Part shown: positions 1 through 10,103 of the stretch, one piece after another
Layout: every line of letters begins with the position of its first letter
How positions within the stretch are numbered: the stretch's first letter is position 1
Assembly (NCBI GenBank): GCA_963841435.1
Contig: CAWJCS010000002.1
Span: 512,001-576,000, forward strand
Reading direction: 5' to 3'
From: an uncultured delta proteobacterium
GTDB lineage: Bacteria; Myxococcota_A; Polyangia; Polyangiales; Polyangiaceae
Length of the DNA: 64,000 nt
Program-made: the position numbers and the translations under genes
The notes under the pieces: generated by a model
Told to the model about the DNA's origin: nothing
Database searches by the model: none
Seen by the model: only the letters and a program-made list of their open reading frames with translations

Positions 1-1125
1 CTGCCCATCCTGGACGGACTGGCGGCGGCCCACAGGAAAGGCATCGTTCATCGGGACGTGAAGCCGGGGAACGTGTTCCTCGCGAGCTCGGAGGGGCGCC
101 TTCAGCCCAAGCTCCTCGACTTCGGCATCGCGTGCTCACGCGACGGGCGAGGCCGCGTGACGGCCGCCGGGACGATTTGCGGAACCCCCTGCTACATGTC
201 ACCGGAGCAGGCGTGTGCGAGCGGTGACATCGACCAGAGGAGCGACCTCTGGTCCTTCTGCGTCATGTTGTACGAGACGGTCAGCGGAACCGTACCCTTC
301 ATGGACGACGACTGCAACGTGACCCTGTTCGCCATCGCGAACCAAACCGCTCCGTCTCTGGCGTCGCTGGGTTGCAACGTCGCGCTCTCCCGGATCGTCG
401 AGCGTGGCATGGCGAAGGAGCGCTCCGAACGCTGGCCCTCGGCGACGGAGCTCGCCGATGCGCTGGCGCGCTGGTTGGTGGATCTCGGGTGCGAAGCCGA
501 CTCCTGCGGGATTTCTCTTCGGCGCCGCTTCATCGAGGAGAGAGCGAACGCGGTTCCCGCCCTGCTTGGAGGCGTCGAGGCGGCGTCGAATGCGCCAGGC
601 ATCACGGCAGTTCCCAGGGCCCGCAAGTCGAGGGCCGGGACGATCGCGCTCGTGAGCTCGTTCGCCGCAATCGGGGTGTTCGTCGGCGCGCTGGGTTGGG
701 TGCGATGGAGTGCCCGCTCCGGCGCGCTCCGAGCCTGGCCCCACGCAGCAGCTCCGGCAACCAGCTCGCCCGTCGAACCGGCTCTCCCGGTGCCGGAAGG
801 GGAGCAACCGAGCCACGCGGAGCCTCTCGCCGGGGGAGCCCTGCCCGATGGAGCAACCGACGCAACGCTCACGTCCAAACGCGCGGACACTCCGCACCGG
901 CACTCCGCGAGCGAGCGACCCGAGCCCGGAGTCAACTCCTCCGAGGAGTCGGGCAAGCCGTCGGAGCCGCTGTCGCTACCTCCGCCTTCCCCCTTCGCGC
1001 CCTCGGCACCCAGCCGGGTCAACCGGGGACGCGAGGCGACGCCGCCGGCGACACGACCGGCGAAGGTCCGCGGTAGCTCGCGTTCCGACGGCGCTCGGCC
1101 TCCGGTGCGCGACTACGGGATCTGA
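1..1125 (+). CDS. Ser/Thr protein kinase (5'-partial) with TM segment and Pro-rich tail
   Basis: Frame 1 from base 1 reads LPILDGLAAAHRKGIVHRDVKPGNVFL...LLDFGIA...GTPCYMSPEQ...SDLWSF; later hydrophobic stretch IALVSSFAAIGVFVGALGW. Confidence 0.95.
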   Translation: MPILDGLAAAHRKGIVHRDVKPGNVFLASSEGRLQPKLLDFGIACSRDGRGRVTAAGTICGTPCYMSPEQACASGDIDQRSDLWSFCVMLYETVSGTVPFMDDDCNVTLFAIANQTAPSLASLGCNVALSRIVERGMAKERSERWPSATELADALARWLVDLGCEADSCGISLRRRFIEERANAVPALLGGVEAASNAPGITAVPRARKSRAGTIALVSSFAAIGVFVGALGWVRWSARSGALRAWPHAAAPATSSPVEPALPVPEGEQPSHAEPLAGGALPDGATDATLTSKRADTPHRHSASERPEPGVNSSEESGKPSEPLSLPPPSPFAPSAPSRVNRGREATPPATRPAKVRGSSRSDGARPPVRDYGI

Positions 1126-1149
1126 GGCCCACCGAGAGTGATCCGGGGC

Positions 1150-1296
1150 TCAGCGAAGGAGCAGCAGGACCAGCAGGACCACGGCGACGACGCCGAGCCC
1201 GCCGGTCGGGTAGTAGCCCCAGCCTTGGCTGTAGGGCCAGCTCGGCAGGGCGAGGAGCATGAGAACGACCAGCAGAACGAGGATCCAGATCAACAT
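1150..1296 (-). CDS. DUF3309-like small membrane protein (48 aa, absent from ORF track)
   Basis: Manual translation MLIWILVLLVVLMLLALPSWPYSQGWGYYPTGGLGVVAVVLLVLLLLR; AAGGAG RBS upstream; LPxWPYSxGWGYYPxGG motif. Confidence 0.85.
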   Translation of the reverse strand: MLIWILVLLVVLMLLALPSWPYSQGWGYYPTGGLGVVAVVLLVLLLLR

Positions 1297-1311
1297 GACG
1301 TTTCTCCTTGG

Positions 1312-1641
1312 TCAGGGGACGACTTCGATGCAGTCGTCCGTACAAGGGAAGACCGCCTCGGAGCAGGCGCGGTCATCGATGCACGCCGCACACATGTCTA
1401 CCTTACGCTGATAGTTGCGGTCCTTGCCTGCGGCGTCGCGACATCGAGCACTGCAACCGTCTACGTCGTAACCGTCGTCGAAGCAGTCGCGATATCGGCC
1501 GCAGATGGAGTGGCAGTCCACGGCGTTGTCGACGGCATCATCCGCTCCGCAACCAGGCACCATCGAAATCAGCACGCCAAACACCGAAAGCGCGAGCGGG
1601 CGGGCAATCCTTCGGGGGAACGGCTTACCTTGATTGAACAT
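1312..1641 (-). CDS. Cys-rich lipoprotein
   Basis: MFNQGK...VLISMVPGC lipobox followed by repeated CxxxC/CxxC pairs. Confidence 0.7.
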   Translation of the reverse strand: MFNQGKPFPRRIARPLALSVFGVLISMVPGCGADDAVDNAVDCHSICGRYRDCFDDGYDVDGCSARCRDAAGKDRNYQRKVDMCAACIDDRACSEAVFPCTDDCIEVVP

Positions 1642-1708
1642 CTTCGAGCTCCTTCGTTCGAGCCGACGAGCGGGCGTTTGGTGAGGCGCAGATGTCGAGC
1701 GAGACCGT

Positions 1709-2197
1709 TCAGTCCACTTTGTCGACGGCCTTCTTGAGCTCGTCGATGGCATTGTCCACGCGTGCCTTCGTGGCGTCCCACGTCGTAGCCGCCGAAGCTT
1801 CGACGCTCGAGTACGCGGCCGCCACGCTTTCTCGCAACGACCGAATGGTAGGCAAGGCCTGTTCGATTTCCGCTTTTTTCTCGGCGCCTGCAGTCTGGGT
1901 CTTGGCCTCCAAATCGGCGATGTCCTTGTCGATGCTCGCGAGCTCTTCGGTGACCTTGTGTCGGTAGTCGTCGCGCATCTTGACGAAGTTGGCTTGGGCG
2001 TCAGCCACCTTTTCGTCCGCTTTGGCTTCCGCCTCGTTGATCTTGTCGGTCGCCTCGCGCCTGGCTTCGTCAACTTCGCGCTCGGCTTGCGCGCGAGCCT
2101 CGTCCGCCTTCTTCTGTTCATCGGCAGCCCGGTTACAGCCAATGGCAAGCACCCCCGAGAGAGCCAGCATCATACCAACCGCGTTGAAGCGAATCAT
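1709..2197 (-). CDS. coiled-coil lipoprotein
   Basis: LAIGC lipobox, A/E/K-rich helical body, GGAGG RBS. Confidence 0.85.
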   Translation of the reverse strand: MIRFNAVGMMLALSGVLAIGCNRAADEQKKADEARAQAEREVDEARREATDKINEAEAKADEKVADAQANFVKMRDDYRHKVTEELASIDKDIADLEAKTQTAGAEKKAEIEQALPTIRSLRESVAAAYSSVEASAATTWDATKARVDNAIDELKKAVDKVD

Positions 2198-2249
2198 CTT
2201 TGCCTCCAGTTCGAGTTCAATCGGAACTACCAGCGCGTACGCATCGCGC

Positions 2250-3155
2250 TCATCTGGTGGTGGACGGTTGGCTCGCCGACTTCGCCGCCTTCTTGCCGAT
2301 CACGATCTCGACCCGGCGATTGTTGGCGCGCCCCTCGGCGGTGTCGTTCGTCGCCACCGGATCGGATTCGCCTTTACCGACCGCCGTGATCCGGTCCGCG
2401 GGAACGCCCTTTTGCACGAGATACGAGCGAACGGACTGTGCTCGCTGTTCGGACAGCTTCCGGTTGTTGTCCTCCGACCCGCGCGAATCCGTGTAGCCTT
2501 CGACCGTGATTGACTGCTCGTCTTCGATGTCGTTGAGCGCCTTCGCCACGTCGTCGAGCTTCCGCTTGGCGAGCGGCAAGAGCTCGGACTTGCCCGTCAG
2601 GAACAAGACGGAGCCGTCGAGCGTGATCACCGTTCCACGCTGATCCTCCTTGACCTGCGCGAGCTCCTTCAGACTCGCCACGGCGGCTTCCGCGCGCTTC
2701 TCGGCGTCGGTCCTGGCGGCGCGCTCGGAGGCCAGATCGTTCTTCTGCGTTGCGATCTGCTCGCGCGCGGACTCGAGTTGCTCGCCGCGCTCGGCTGCCC
2801 GCGCCTCGGCCGCGCGACGCTGCCGGTCCTGCTCGGCAACGTAAGCCTTCTGCGCGCTCTCTTCGCTGTTCTTCGCGTACGCGAACTCCCCGTAGGACTC
2901 CGCGATCTCGGCTTCGCGGCGCGCCACGTACGAAAGGCGCTTTTCTTCGAACGAGCCGGGGTCGTCGTCATGAGCGGCCTCGGCCCGGTCGAGGGCCTGC
3001 TTGGCCGTCAGGACCCGATTGGGACCGAGCTCCGAAGCGTGCGAGGCGCGTGCTTCTTCGTACGCGTGCCGCGCGTCCACGAGCTCCTGGGAAGGGCCGG
3101 TGCTGGCGCAGGCCGCGACGCTGATCACGAGGGGAACCAGAATGAGCTGTCTCAT
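2250..3155 (-). CDS. OmpA-family lipoprotein with N-terminal DUF4398-like helix
   Basis: VAAC lipobox; VEGYTDSRGS...LSEQRAQSV...GRANNRRVEI OmpA C-terminal motifs. Confidence 0.92.
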   Translation of the reverse strand: MRQLILVPLVISVAACASTGPSQELVDARHAYEEARASHASELGPNRVLTAKQALDRAEAAHDDDPGSFEEKRLSYVARREAEIAESYGEFAYAKNSEESAQKAYVAEQDRQRRAAEARAAERGEQLESAREQIATQKNDLASERAARTDAEKRAEAAVASLKELAQVKEDQRGTVITLDGSVLFLTGKSELLPLAKRKLDDVAKALNDIEDEQSITVEGYTDSRGSEDNNRKLSEQRAQSVRSYLVQKGVPADRITAVGKGESDPVATNDTAEGRANNRRVEIVIGKKAAKSASQPSTTR

Positions 3156-3550
3156 GGTGTAGCTTCCTTTCCTTGCGAGCGCGGTTGCGCGCTGTCCGCG
3201 CGAGCCTGAAGCTCACGTACTTCCTTTTGCGCCTGCTCGGCGTTCGCCTTGGCCTGCGATTCGCGCGTCAGCATGAGCGCCAGGTTCGCGTCGGCCTCGG
3301 CGCCATCCAGGACGAGCCTGGCCTCGTCCTCATCGCCGTTCTCGATCATGTTCTTGGCCCGAGCCAGCTGATCGCGCGCCATTTTCAGGTGCAGCGCGGC
3401 TTGTGGCTGGTTCTCGGCGCCGACGGCGTCGGCGGCGCTGACGGCCGATTCGGCCTCCGTCACCTTGGGCGGCGGCAGCGAAGCGCCGCCGCAGGCGAGG
3501 CACGCTACGAACGGGGCCGTTCCGAGGAGATGCAGAGTCGTCACTCGCAT
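3152..3550 (-). CDS. DUF4398-domain lipoprotein
   Basis: CLAC lipobox; AESAVSAADAVGA...AALHLKMARDQL...AEADANLA; ATGA overlap with the OmpA gene. Confidence 0.85.
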   Translation of the reverse strand: MRVTTLHLLGTAPFVACLACGGASLPPPKVTEAESAVSAADAVGAENQPQAALHLKMARDQLARAKNMIENGDEDEARLVLDGAEADANLALMLTRESQAKANAEQAQKEVRELQARADSAQPRSQGKEATP

Positions 3551-3803
3551 GATGGTTTCCTTTCTCGTGTTTCCTTCCTCGGCGGGCGTCGGAGCAAGAG
3601 CTGCGCCAGCTCGTTCCGCGCCGGGAAACCTAGCGTTCGAGCAGCGAGCGTGTCACGAGCGCTCGCACGAGAGCGGGCCTTGCACGGTCACGTTTGCCCC
3701 AGCCGGGCATCTCGCCTCATGCACCTGTCCGCATCGGGCGCGCCGTCGCGATGCTGAGCTTCGAGGCTGTCGGAGTAGAGCGAGTTCGGCGAGCTCTCGG
3801 CGT

Positions 3804-4151
3804 TCAATCCACGAGGGCGTGCCGGGGCACGTTGCTTGCGCCGCCTGCCCCGCCGCCGGTTCCGGCGGCGCCCCCGCCTGCCCCGCCGCTGCCGCCGCTC
3901 TCCCTGTTGGGGGCGGGCAGGACCGGACGCGCGTAGCCATCGGGGGGCGCGTCGGGCCGCGCCGCGACCGGCGGCGCGTCAGCGCGCCCCGTCGCGTCTC
4001 CGACGCTCGGCGGGGGAGGCTCCACGATCGGATCGGCGGGACTGGTCGGGGTGTCGGTCGGCGGCGGAGGCGGCTCCACCGGGCGATCCGTCCCGCGACA
4101 AGCCGGCCTGCCGAGACAAGACAGCACGAGCACGAAAGGCGTCGTACGCAT
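3804..4151 (-). CDS. Pro/Gly-rich secreted hypothetical protein
   Basis: MRTTPFVLVLSCLG signal-like start, then Pro-rich and Gly-rich segments. Confidence 0.4.
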   Translation of the reverse strand: MRTTPFVLVLSCLGRPACRGTDRPVEPPPPPTDTPTSPADPIVEPPPPSVGDATGRADAPPVAARPDAPPDGYARPVLPAPNRESGGSGGAGGGAAGTGGGAGGASNVPRHALVD

Positions 4152-4464
4152 GGGTGGTGGCTCGTGCATCCACCGTGCCACGTTTGCGCCTCTGCCTTCG
4201 CCAAGCGCGCTGCTTCGCAACGCCGGCCGACCCTGCACGCAGTGTCCATGCCAGGGCGAGGCGCGGATGTCGGCGAGCTCGTGCCTCAGTCGGCGTATCG
4301 CTCTGCACGCCGTCGCTGTCTTTTCGACCCTACTGACACACCGTGACGAGATGCCCGAGTCAACGTTGAGGACTCTGCTGCACTCGGCGCCTCGTCGTCG
4401 GTCTGGAGGCGATGCTGGCGAGCCGCACCCAGTCGGCACGCACGTTGCACCCCCCCCGGTCTCG

Positions 4465-4857
4465 ATGTCTTCGAGTCTCGTATTGCGTGCGCACGCGCTC
4501 GTCGCCGGGGCGATTCTCGCGACGATGTCCGGCTGCTATGCGGAGGCGACCACGAGCGGTGGGTTTGACGTCGAGTACGTCGCCCCACCGGTGGTCGAGG
4601 TCGAAGCGTACCCACACGTCTACTACGCGGGGCACGTCGTCTATTTGATCCATGATCACTGGTACTACCGGAATGGGCCGCGCTGGGTCTACTACCGCAC
4701 CGAGCCGCGCGTCCTCCGTGAGCGCAGACGCGTCATTCGGCGTCATGCGCCCGCGGTGCACGAACGCGCCCGCGTGCGCCACGCGCCGCCGGCTCACCCT
4801 AGCTCGCGCCACCACCGCCATCGCCATCACCGCGACGACGATCATCGCGACCGGTGA
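4465..4857 (+). CDS. lipoprotein with Tyr/Trp-rich core and His/Arg tail
   Basis: MSGC lipobox; YPHVYYAGHVVYLIHDHWYYRNGPRWVYYRTEP. Confidence 0.75.
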   Translation: MSSSLVLRAHALVAGAILATMSGCYAEATTSGGFDVEYVAPPVVEVEAYPHVYYAGHVVYLIHDHWYYRNGPRWVYYRTEPRVLRERRRVIRRHAPAVHERARVRHAPPAHPSSRHHRHRHHRDDDHRDR

Positions 4858-4868
4858 CTGGAGAGCAC

Positions 4869-5270
4869 ATGAAGCTTCGAAACGCAGTCGGTCTTTGCGG
4901 CACGCTTCTCGCGAGCGGCTGCGGCTCGGATCCGGCGCCGCCGGTCGTGGTGGCTGGGGACGGGTTGCTCACCGTCGATTGGACCATCGACCGCGCCAAA
5001 GATCCCTACGCCTGTCGCGACGAGGCCGCGGACAGTATCGACGTCTACGTGAGCACTCCCGGCGGGACGCCGGTCGGCGACTTCAACGAGTATTGCGAGT
5101 CGTTTGCGATGAGCATCAGTCTCGCTCCCGGGACGTACTTCGCCGATGCAACGCTTCTCGACGCGGGAGGCGCGGAGATCACGACGCCCGTCGACCTGGG
5201 GCGTTTCACCCTCTACGGCGATGACGAGCTCGTCGTGCCCATCGATTTCCCGTACGACTCGTTTTATTGA
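4869..5270 (+). CDS. lipoprotein (beta-sandwich-like, hypothetical)
   Basis: GGAG RBS; LASGC lipobox; LTVDWTI...C...LAPGTY. Confidence 0.8.
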   Translation: MKLRNAVGLCGTLLASGCGSDPAPPVVVAGDGLLTVDWTIDRAKDPYACRDEAADSIDVYVSTPGGTPVGDFNEYCESFAMSISLAPGTYFADATLLDAGGAEITTPVDLGRFTLYGDDELVVPIDFPYDSFY

Positions 5271-5626
5271 ATCATCCCCCTCCCGCCGAGCGCGCGGGCC
5301 GGTTGGAGCGCGCGGCGCCGCATCGCGCGCAGAACAGGCCGTGGCAATGCGCCGCGCGACATCGAGATCCCTCCTCGCGCTTGCCACGCAATCACCGCAT
5401 TGCCTCGTGGCACCATGACCGCGCGCGCGGGTGCCCGTGCAGCGGCGCCACGCTGAAAAGCGTCGCGCTGACGTGAGCGGCGCCGTGCGGCTTCTGGAGG
5501 GGGAGCGCGCTGGCACGTCGGCAATTCGATCGGATGGCCCGCGCCTTGCACGAGGCGGCCAACTGCGTCGCATGCCTCTGCTGTTCGCTGAGGCGAATCG
5601 GCGCACCAAGTTCAGGAGGACAATCG

Positions 5627-7858
5627 ATGCGACTTCACTCTTTGTTCGGCATGGCCTTGACCGTTCCCCTCATGATGGCCGCGTGCGGCGGTGACGACGG
5701 CGACGGAGGCGGCAACCACGCAGGCACCGGCGGCCGCGGCGGTTCTGGGACGAGCGCGACCGGTGGCAGCGGTGGCTCGGTGACCACCGGGGGCAGTGGC
5801 GGCTCGATGAGCACCGGCGGAAGTGGTGGCGGCCGCGGCGGCTCCGGCGGCACGACAGCGGGACTCGGAGGCTCGAGCGGCGAGGCGGGCATGCCGGGCG
5901 GGGCGGGAGAACCCGGTGAGGCGGGCATGGCGGGAATGTCCGGCGAAGCAGGCGGAAACGGCATGACGACGTTCCGCGTTCGCATCGAGAACCATTCCGA
6001 CGAGACCTCGACGCCGACGCCGTTCTCGCCCGGCGTGTGGACCGTCGCAGCGGGCTCGGACACGCTCTTCACCGAAGGAACGGCGGATTGGGGCGACGGG
6101 CTCGAGGAGCTCGCGGAGGAGGGCGCGCCAGAGACGCTCGCCGGCTCGCTGTCGTCCGACGACGCGCTGTACGGGTCGGGCGTCTTCGACGAGCTTTCTG
6201 GCTCCGCGACCACGGGCAAGGCGTTGCCCGGTGAAGCCTTCGAGTTCGACGTGACGGCCTCGCCGGACGCGCCGAATCTCGCGTTTGCGTCGATGTTCGG
6301 TCAATCGAACAACGTCTTCATCGGACCCGACGGCGACGGCATTCCGCTCTTCGACGAACAGGGCGATCCGCTGCCCGAGCGCGACGTGACCGATCTCGTC
6401 AAGCTGTGGGACGCGGGGACCGAGCGCAACCAGGCTCCGCTGATGGGTCCGGACCAAGCGCCGCGCGAGGCATCGAGCGGCGTCGGACCCGAGGAGGCGA
6501 CGATTGCGCCCTTCAGTGACACGACGCGAGCGCTCCCCACCGCGGACGCCATCGTGGACGTGTCGGTCAGCGAGGCATCGGGCACCTACACGTTCGTCGT
6601 CGAGAACGTCTCCGGCGACCGCCATGCCCTCGTCACGCCCATCTCGCCGGTGTTCTTCGCGACGCACGACGACACCTGGCAGCTGTTCGAGGACGGGGTC
6701 GCCGCCCCGGCCGCCCTCGAGAGCCTCGCCGAGGACGGCTCGCCCACGGCGCTCGTGGCGGCGAACTCGGGCGCATCCGGCGTCGGAACGGCCGACGCGG
6801 TGACGATCCGCGACGGTGGGACGAGCGCCGGCCCGGCGCCGACCGGCGGCTCGTTCACGTTCTCCGTCATGCCAGACACCGGCCACCCCCGCGTGAGCTT
6901 TGCCACGATGGTCGGCACGACGAACGACGCGTTCTTGGCGCTCCCGCCGGCTGGCGTCGCGTTGCTCGACGATAACGGTGATCCGCGACCGGCGGCCGAC
7001 GTGGAGGCAGACGTTCGGGCCAGTCTGCAAGTCTGGGACGCAGGCACCGAGGCGAACGAGGTGCCGGGCATCGGCAAAAATCAGGCGCCGCGCCAGAGCG
7101 CAACCGACACGGGGCCGGTCGATCCGAACCCCGTCGTACGCCCGTACGGCGACGACACGAACGATCTCGCCGGAGCCGGTCTGGGTGGCTTTGCGGCGGT
7201 CACCGTCGTCAACGGCAGCGCAGAAAACGAGTTCCAGGTGACCGTGAGCGACACCGCCGATACGACGGCGTTCCCGGGCAAGGTGTCACCCTTGGTCTGG
7301 GCGGTGCACGACGACACCGCCACGCTGTTCCACTCGGGTGGCAAGGCATCCGCCGGGCTCGAGCATCTGGCGGAGGACGGCGATCCATCGACTTTCGTCA
7401 ACGAGCTCGGCGCTATGAGCGGGGTCGGCAGCTCCGGCGCCGTCGACACGGCGGTCGGCGCGAGCTACCCGGGGCCCATCGCGCCCGGCCAGAGCTTCAG
7501 CTTCACGGTGACGGCCGATGCGACTCATCGCTTCCTGAGCCTCGCGGCCATGGTGGCGCCTTCGAACGACACGTTCATGGCCTTCGATCCTGGTGGCATC
7601 GAGCTCATCGACAGCATCGGCGATGCGCGCTCCGACAGCGATCTGGCTTACGAGATCACTCAAGCGCTGCGCGCTTGGGACGCGGGCACCGAGGCGAACC
7701 AGGCAGGTGCCGCTGGGCCTGACCAGATCGGCGCGCAGGCCGCGCCGAACACCGGTGCCGCCGAGGGCAACGGGCACGTGCGCGTGCTCGCGGATCCGGT
7801 GTGGACGTACCCGTCGGGTCCGAGACTGTTCAATGTGACCGTGAAGCCGATGCAGTGA
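5627..7858 (+). CDS. multi-spondin-domain lipoprotein with Gly-rich linker
   Basis: AGGAGG RBS; MAAC lipobox; three repeats each with LAEDG/LAEEG, SN(D/N)xF-type and WDAGTE motifs. Confidence 0.88.
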   Translation: MRLHSLFGMALTVPLMMAACGGDDGDGGGNHAGTGGRGGSGTSATGGSGGSVTTGGSGGSMSTGGSGGGRGGSGGTTAGLGGSSGEAGMPGGAGEPGEAGMAGMSGEAGGNGMTTFRVRIENHSDETSTPTPFSPGVWTVAAGSDTLFTEGTADWGDGLEELAEEGAPETLAGSLSSDDALYGSGVFDELSGSATTGKALPGEAFEFDVTASPDAPNLAFASMFGQSNNVFIGPDGDGIPLFDEQGDPLPERDVTDLVKLWDAGTERNQAPLMGPDQAPREASSGVGPEEATIAPFSDTTRALPTADAIVDVSVSEASGTYTFVVENVSGDRHALVTPISPVFFATHDDTWQLFEDGVAAPAALESLAEDGSPTALVAANSGASGVGTADAVTIRDGGTSAGPAPTGGSFTFSVMPDTGHPRVSFATMVGTTNDAFLALPPAGVALLDDNGDPRPAADVEADVRASLQVWDAGTEANEVPGIGKNQAPRQSATDTGPVDPNPVVRPYGDDTNDLAGAGLGGFAAVTVVNGSAENEFQVTVSDTADTTAFPGKVSPLVWAVHDDTATLFHSGGKASAGLEHLAEDGDPSTFVNELGAMSGVGSSGAVDTAVGASYPGPIAPGQSFSFTVTADATHRFLSLAAMVAPSNDTFMAFDPGGIELIDSIGDARSDSDLAYEITQALRAWDAGTEANQAGAAGPDQIGAQAAPNTGAAEGNGHVRVLADPVWTYPSGPRLFNVTVKPMQ

Positions 7859-7999
7859 GTCCGGATGGAGCCCTTGCCAGCGGAACCTGTCGCAGCCACG
7901 CGCGCGCGTTTCCACGCGGCGACCTGGGCCGGGCACTCGTTGCGTCCGGGTCCGCGGCTGCTCGGCCCGCGTGATCGACCACCACCAGAAAGGAACACG

Positions 8000-8536
8000 A
8001 TGCCACAACGAACCACCAAGGAGCGCGCCGCGCGCGACAAGCGGCAGGGAAAAGCCGCGAGCACTCAGGCCGGCGAATTCGTTCGCGAGGAGATACATCA
8101 CGTTCGCGAGGGCAAGCATGGCGCTCGCAGCCCCCAGCAAGCGATCGCCATCGGCCTCTCCAAAGCACGGCGCGCCGGCGTCAAATTGCCTGCTCCCAAG
8201 CGGGGCAGCCGCTCGGCCAAGCGGCGCGCCGAGCGCGAGCTCCAGACCTCTCGTCGGCATCAGTCCTCGCGGCGGCGCTCACGCGCCGTTCGCCGAGCGC
8301 TCGAGCGCGAACCGAGCGAGACGGCGTCCAGCCGTAGGCTGTCGCGTCAGGCGAAGGCCGCCGCCGCTCGGCGCAGCCCGAGCAATCGCTCCCGTGCAGC
8401 GACTCGCGGCGCTCGGACCAAGGGGCCGGCGGGGCGTCGTCAAGCCGCCAGGAAGGCGGCGCGAACCAAGGGGGCATCCGGTCGGCGGCAGGCGGCGCGG
8501 AAGGCAGCGAGGACCCGCAAGCGGACCGCCAAGTAG
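8000..8536 (+). CDS. DUF6496-like basic DNA-binding protein
   Basis: STQAGEFVREEIHHVREGKHGARSPQQAIAIGLSKARRAGV plus repeated AARKAARTK tail. Confidence 0.85.
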   Translation: MPQRTTKERAARDKRQGKAASTQAGEFVREEIHHVREGKHGARSPQQAIAIGLSKARRAGVKLPAPKRGSRSAKRRAERELQTSRRHQSSRRRSRAVRRALEREPSETASSRRLSRQAKAAAARRSPSNRSRAATRGARTKGPAGRRQAARKAARTKGASGRRQAARKAARTRKRTAK

Positions 8537-9059
8537 TCGCGCGAGGCGGCGGGCAGCGGCTTATGCTCCGCCGCCGGCCGCGGCTTCCGACCAGGAGCGC
8601 GTCGCGCTCAGCGAGCATGACCCGCATGGTCTTCGTGAAGAGCTCGACGCACCTGGCCCGCTAGCATGAATCCCCCGCGCGCACCCCCAGACCAATCCCG
8701 CCAGTCTCGACTGCGGCGGCATTGACCTGAGCAAGGGAACGAGCTGGATCTCCCTCACTTGCACGGGGGCCGCGCTCTTCGTCTGCGAATCGCCGTAACG
8801 AGAGCGCGCCTGCGCGTCGATGCCTTGGCCTGCTGCAGGCCGGGAAAGTCCTCCGAGCAACTGGCCGCACCTTCGGGCCGGAGGCGGACGACGCTCCGCG
8901 GCCCCGGGGCGATTCACGGTGCCGCCGACGAAAAGGCCAGTCGAGCGGATGGCCGTGAGGCCGAGCTCGTCGCTGGTCGCTCGTGGGGTCGCGGCAAAGC
9001 GGTCGTTGACGGAGATGACCTCGGTGTGAGCCCGCGTCGAGCAGCGAGCAGGTCCAGTG

Positions 9060-9668
9060 CTAACCGTCCGCGCAGGTGCAACCGCCAGTGAGGTAACCGC
9101 TCAGGTAACCCGCGTTGATGCAGCAGACGGCGCAGGCATTGAGCGAGGTCGGGGCGCTGCCGGATGCGCACACACTGGCGTTCGATCGGTGCAGGCAGGT
9201 ACACGAAGCGGCTACGTTGGGGTTGAAGCGGCCTCCCGAGTAGCTCGCCGCGTTGCAACAGGCAAAGCAGTCGTCGGCCGAGGTGCCCGAGGCGCACACG
9301 CTCGCCCCGCTGCCGTCCACCGGCATGCCGCAAGCGCACTTGCCGTCGAAGAACGCGTCGTTCTCGAAGTCGAGCGTTGCGCAGCAAGTGAAACAGTCAC
9401 CCTGCATCTCGTCCGTGCCGTCGTCGAGCACGCTCGCGCACACGTCGAGGTCGACCGTCGGCGGCGGATTGACGACGAGGTTGCCGGCGAAGGCGCCCGC
9501 GCCCGCGGCGCCGGCGAGCACCACGGTGCCCCCGGCACCCCCCACGCCCGCCGACCCGGAAGCGCCACCGCTCAGGGAGCCGCCGCGGTTGTCCGGCTTC
9601 GAGTCGCTGCAGGCAGCGAGCAGCACGGCGCCTGCGACGACCAGCCCGCGAGCGTGCCTTCGTCCCAT
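9060..9668 (-). CDS. Cys-rich lipoprotein with Gly linker
   Basis: LAAC lipobox; three repeats of CxxCC...CxC. Confidence 0.8.
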   Translation of the reverse strand: MGRRHARGLVVAGAVLLAACSDSKPDNRGGSLSGGASGSAGVGGAGGTVVLAGAAGAGAFAGNLVVNPPPTVDLDVCASVLDDGTDEMQGDCFTCCATLDFENDAFFDGKCACGMPVDGSGASVCASGTSADDCFACCNAASYSGGRFNPNVAASCTCLHRSNASVCASGSAPTSLNACAVCCINAGYLSGYLTGGCTCADG

Positions 9669-9674
9669 CGGGCG

Positions 9675-9935
9675 ATGGTACCCGACCGGGCCGCCCGGCG
9701 CCAAAGTTCGCCCGCAGCGCTGCTCGTCGAGCTGATCGGGAACTCCACGGCACTCGCTGCTTGGAGGGACATCACGCCCTTGGCGCGCAACGAGTTCATC
9801 TGCTGGGTCGAGGATGCGAAGCAAGAGATGACGCGAAGGCGCCGCATTCGCAGGACCCAGGAGGAGCTGGAAGAAGGCCAGCGCCGGCCCTGCTGCTGGC
9901 CTGGGTGCAAGCACCGCGAGCGCACGGGTGGGTGA
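9675..9935 (+). CDS. YdeI/OmpD-associated family protein, N-terminus possibly truncated
   Basis: WRDITPLARNEFICWVEDAKQEMTRRRRIRRTQEELEEGQRRPCCWPGCKHR. Confidence 0.75.
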   Translation: MVPDRAARRQSSPAALLVELIGNSTALAAWRDITPLARNEFICWVEDAKQEMTRRRRIRRTQEELEEGQRRPCCWPGCKHRERTGG

Positions 9936-10103
9936 GTTCGGGGTTTATGGTCGCGCGGGGGCGATTCGCACGCGACCAGAGTGGGCCGCAGCATTGGCCG
10001 GGGTCGTGCCAAGAGGTCGCCTTCACCGGTGTGCGAGCCGCGGAGTGGGCGCGTACACACGGGGGAAGTCGGCGGAGGGGAGCGGCGTAGTATCCTGTCG
10101 CGC

